From: Anolis carolinensis
Taxonomy: Eukaryota
Length of the DNA stretch: 64,000 nt
Direction of reading: 5' to 3'
NCBI RefSeq assembly: GCF_035594765.1
Contig: NC_085841.1
Coordinates: forward strand, 225,773,326 to 225,837,325
Made by a program: the position numbers and the translations under genes
Notes under the pieces: generated by a model
Databases searched by the model: none
What the model saw: only the letters and a program-made list of their open reading frames with translations
What the model was told of the DNA's origin: nothing
Part shown: positions 63,016 through 64,000 of the stretch, piece by piece
How positions within the stretch are numbered: the stretch's first letter is position 1
Layout: each line of letters begins with the position of its first letter

Positions 63016-64000
63016 GTGTACAGCATATATAACTTAGGGCTAAATTCAATGTTAGTCATACCCAGATTTCTAGTTACAGTTAAAATGTACCATTGATGTC
63101 AATGTAATTTTTCTAAGTAGGACTAACATTGGATTTAGTTCTAATACTACAAACTGATAAATGATAGATGGATACATAGATGATCTGACAGGTATCTTGG
63201 TAATGCATAGCAATTATACCAGATGAATAGGTCTGATGTAAATAAAATTAATAATAATGTTGCACAAGAACAGACATTTAATAGAATGCCTTACTATTTA
63301 ACTATACTTTTAGACATTTTAGTAGTATTTTTTATCATGAAATTGTTATCAATGCTTTTGTTTAGTTCCGTTTTGGTAGCTTAATTCTGTTCTGATATTG
63401 ATCCTTGAATGTTTTAACAACATTGAATTTCTTTTCATTTGTCAGCCTTCTTCAATCCCAGTTTTAGGAGGAAGGAAGGGTAGAAAGTAAATCAACAATA
63501 ATAAATATTTTCAAAAGTAGCACTGTCTCTTTTCTCTACTGGCACATAAATTGTCTGGTATGCCTAAATCCCAGATTGTACAGGACCTTAACTTGTTTAT
63601 TTATCTTGTTAGCCTCTTTCCAATTTTTGCCAATCATTTGTTTTAACTGCCAGAAAAAGGAAAGAGCTTGAGTCCTTCTGTATACTAGAGTCTGGGTCAA
63701 ATATAAGTATGAATAAGTCCCATGAGCCATACTTTCCCTTTCTTTTCTATGCATAATAAAAGAGGGGATGCTTAACCTTTTGAACTAACACTAATATGCA
63801 AATTTTCTTAAACTAACCACAGTTACCTAAACTTAGATGCAACAGGGAAAAATGGTTTAAAAAATTGAAGCACCTAACAGGGGAAGATTCCCGTGTGCCC
63901 CACTGGCCTTCCCAACTAGCATAAGTGAAAGGAAAATGAAGGAATTCCACAGTAACCTTAAAATGGGATTCTCCATAACATGCCACCTGTACAAAGAAGG

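Overview
Vertebrate (squamate, most likely Anolis lizard, inferred from the repeat repertoire) genomic DNA, AT-rich and repeat-dense. It contains the 5' coding half of MBD5 (methyl-CpG-binding domain protein 5) on the minus strand. Six phase-compatible coding exons are present: ATG exon 31212-30549 with ATG at 30661, then 25244-25142, 23447-23267, 18555-16423, 4607-3576 (internal GC donor at 4281) and 1321-1107; the PWWP-encoding 3' exons lie beyond position 1. Everything above ~31.2 kb is probably MBD5 5'-UTR intron. The introns hold SPIN/Buster-type hAT MITEs, Tc1/mariner-pogo MITEs, three non-autonomous Helitrons carrying other TE fragments, CR1, L1, L2 and RTE-BovB fragments, Sauria SINEs and tRNA-derived SINEs. 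The most unusual observations are: an L1 3' fragment flanked by a 197-bp target-site duplication; a hAT MITE inserted in inverted orientation into a copy of itself inside a SINE; a codon-aligned 132-nt N block hiding exactly 44 codons of MBD5; a GC-AG alternative donor that toggles 235 aa; and a uORF-dense 5' leader. No prokaryote-type systems (CRISPR, operons) are present.
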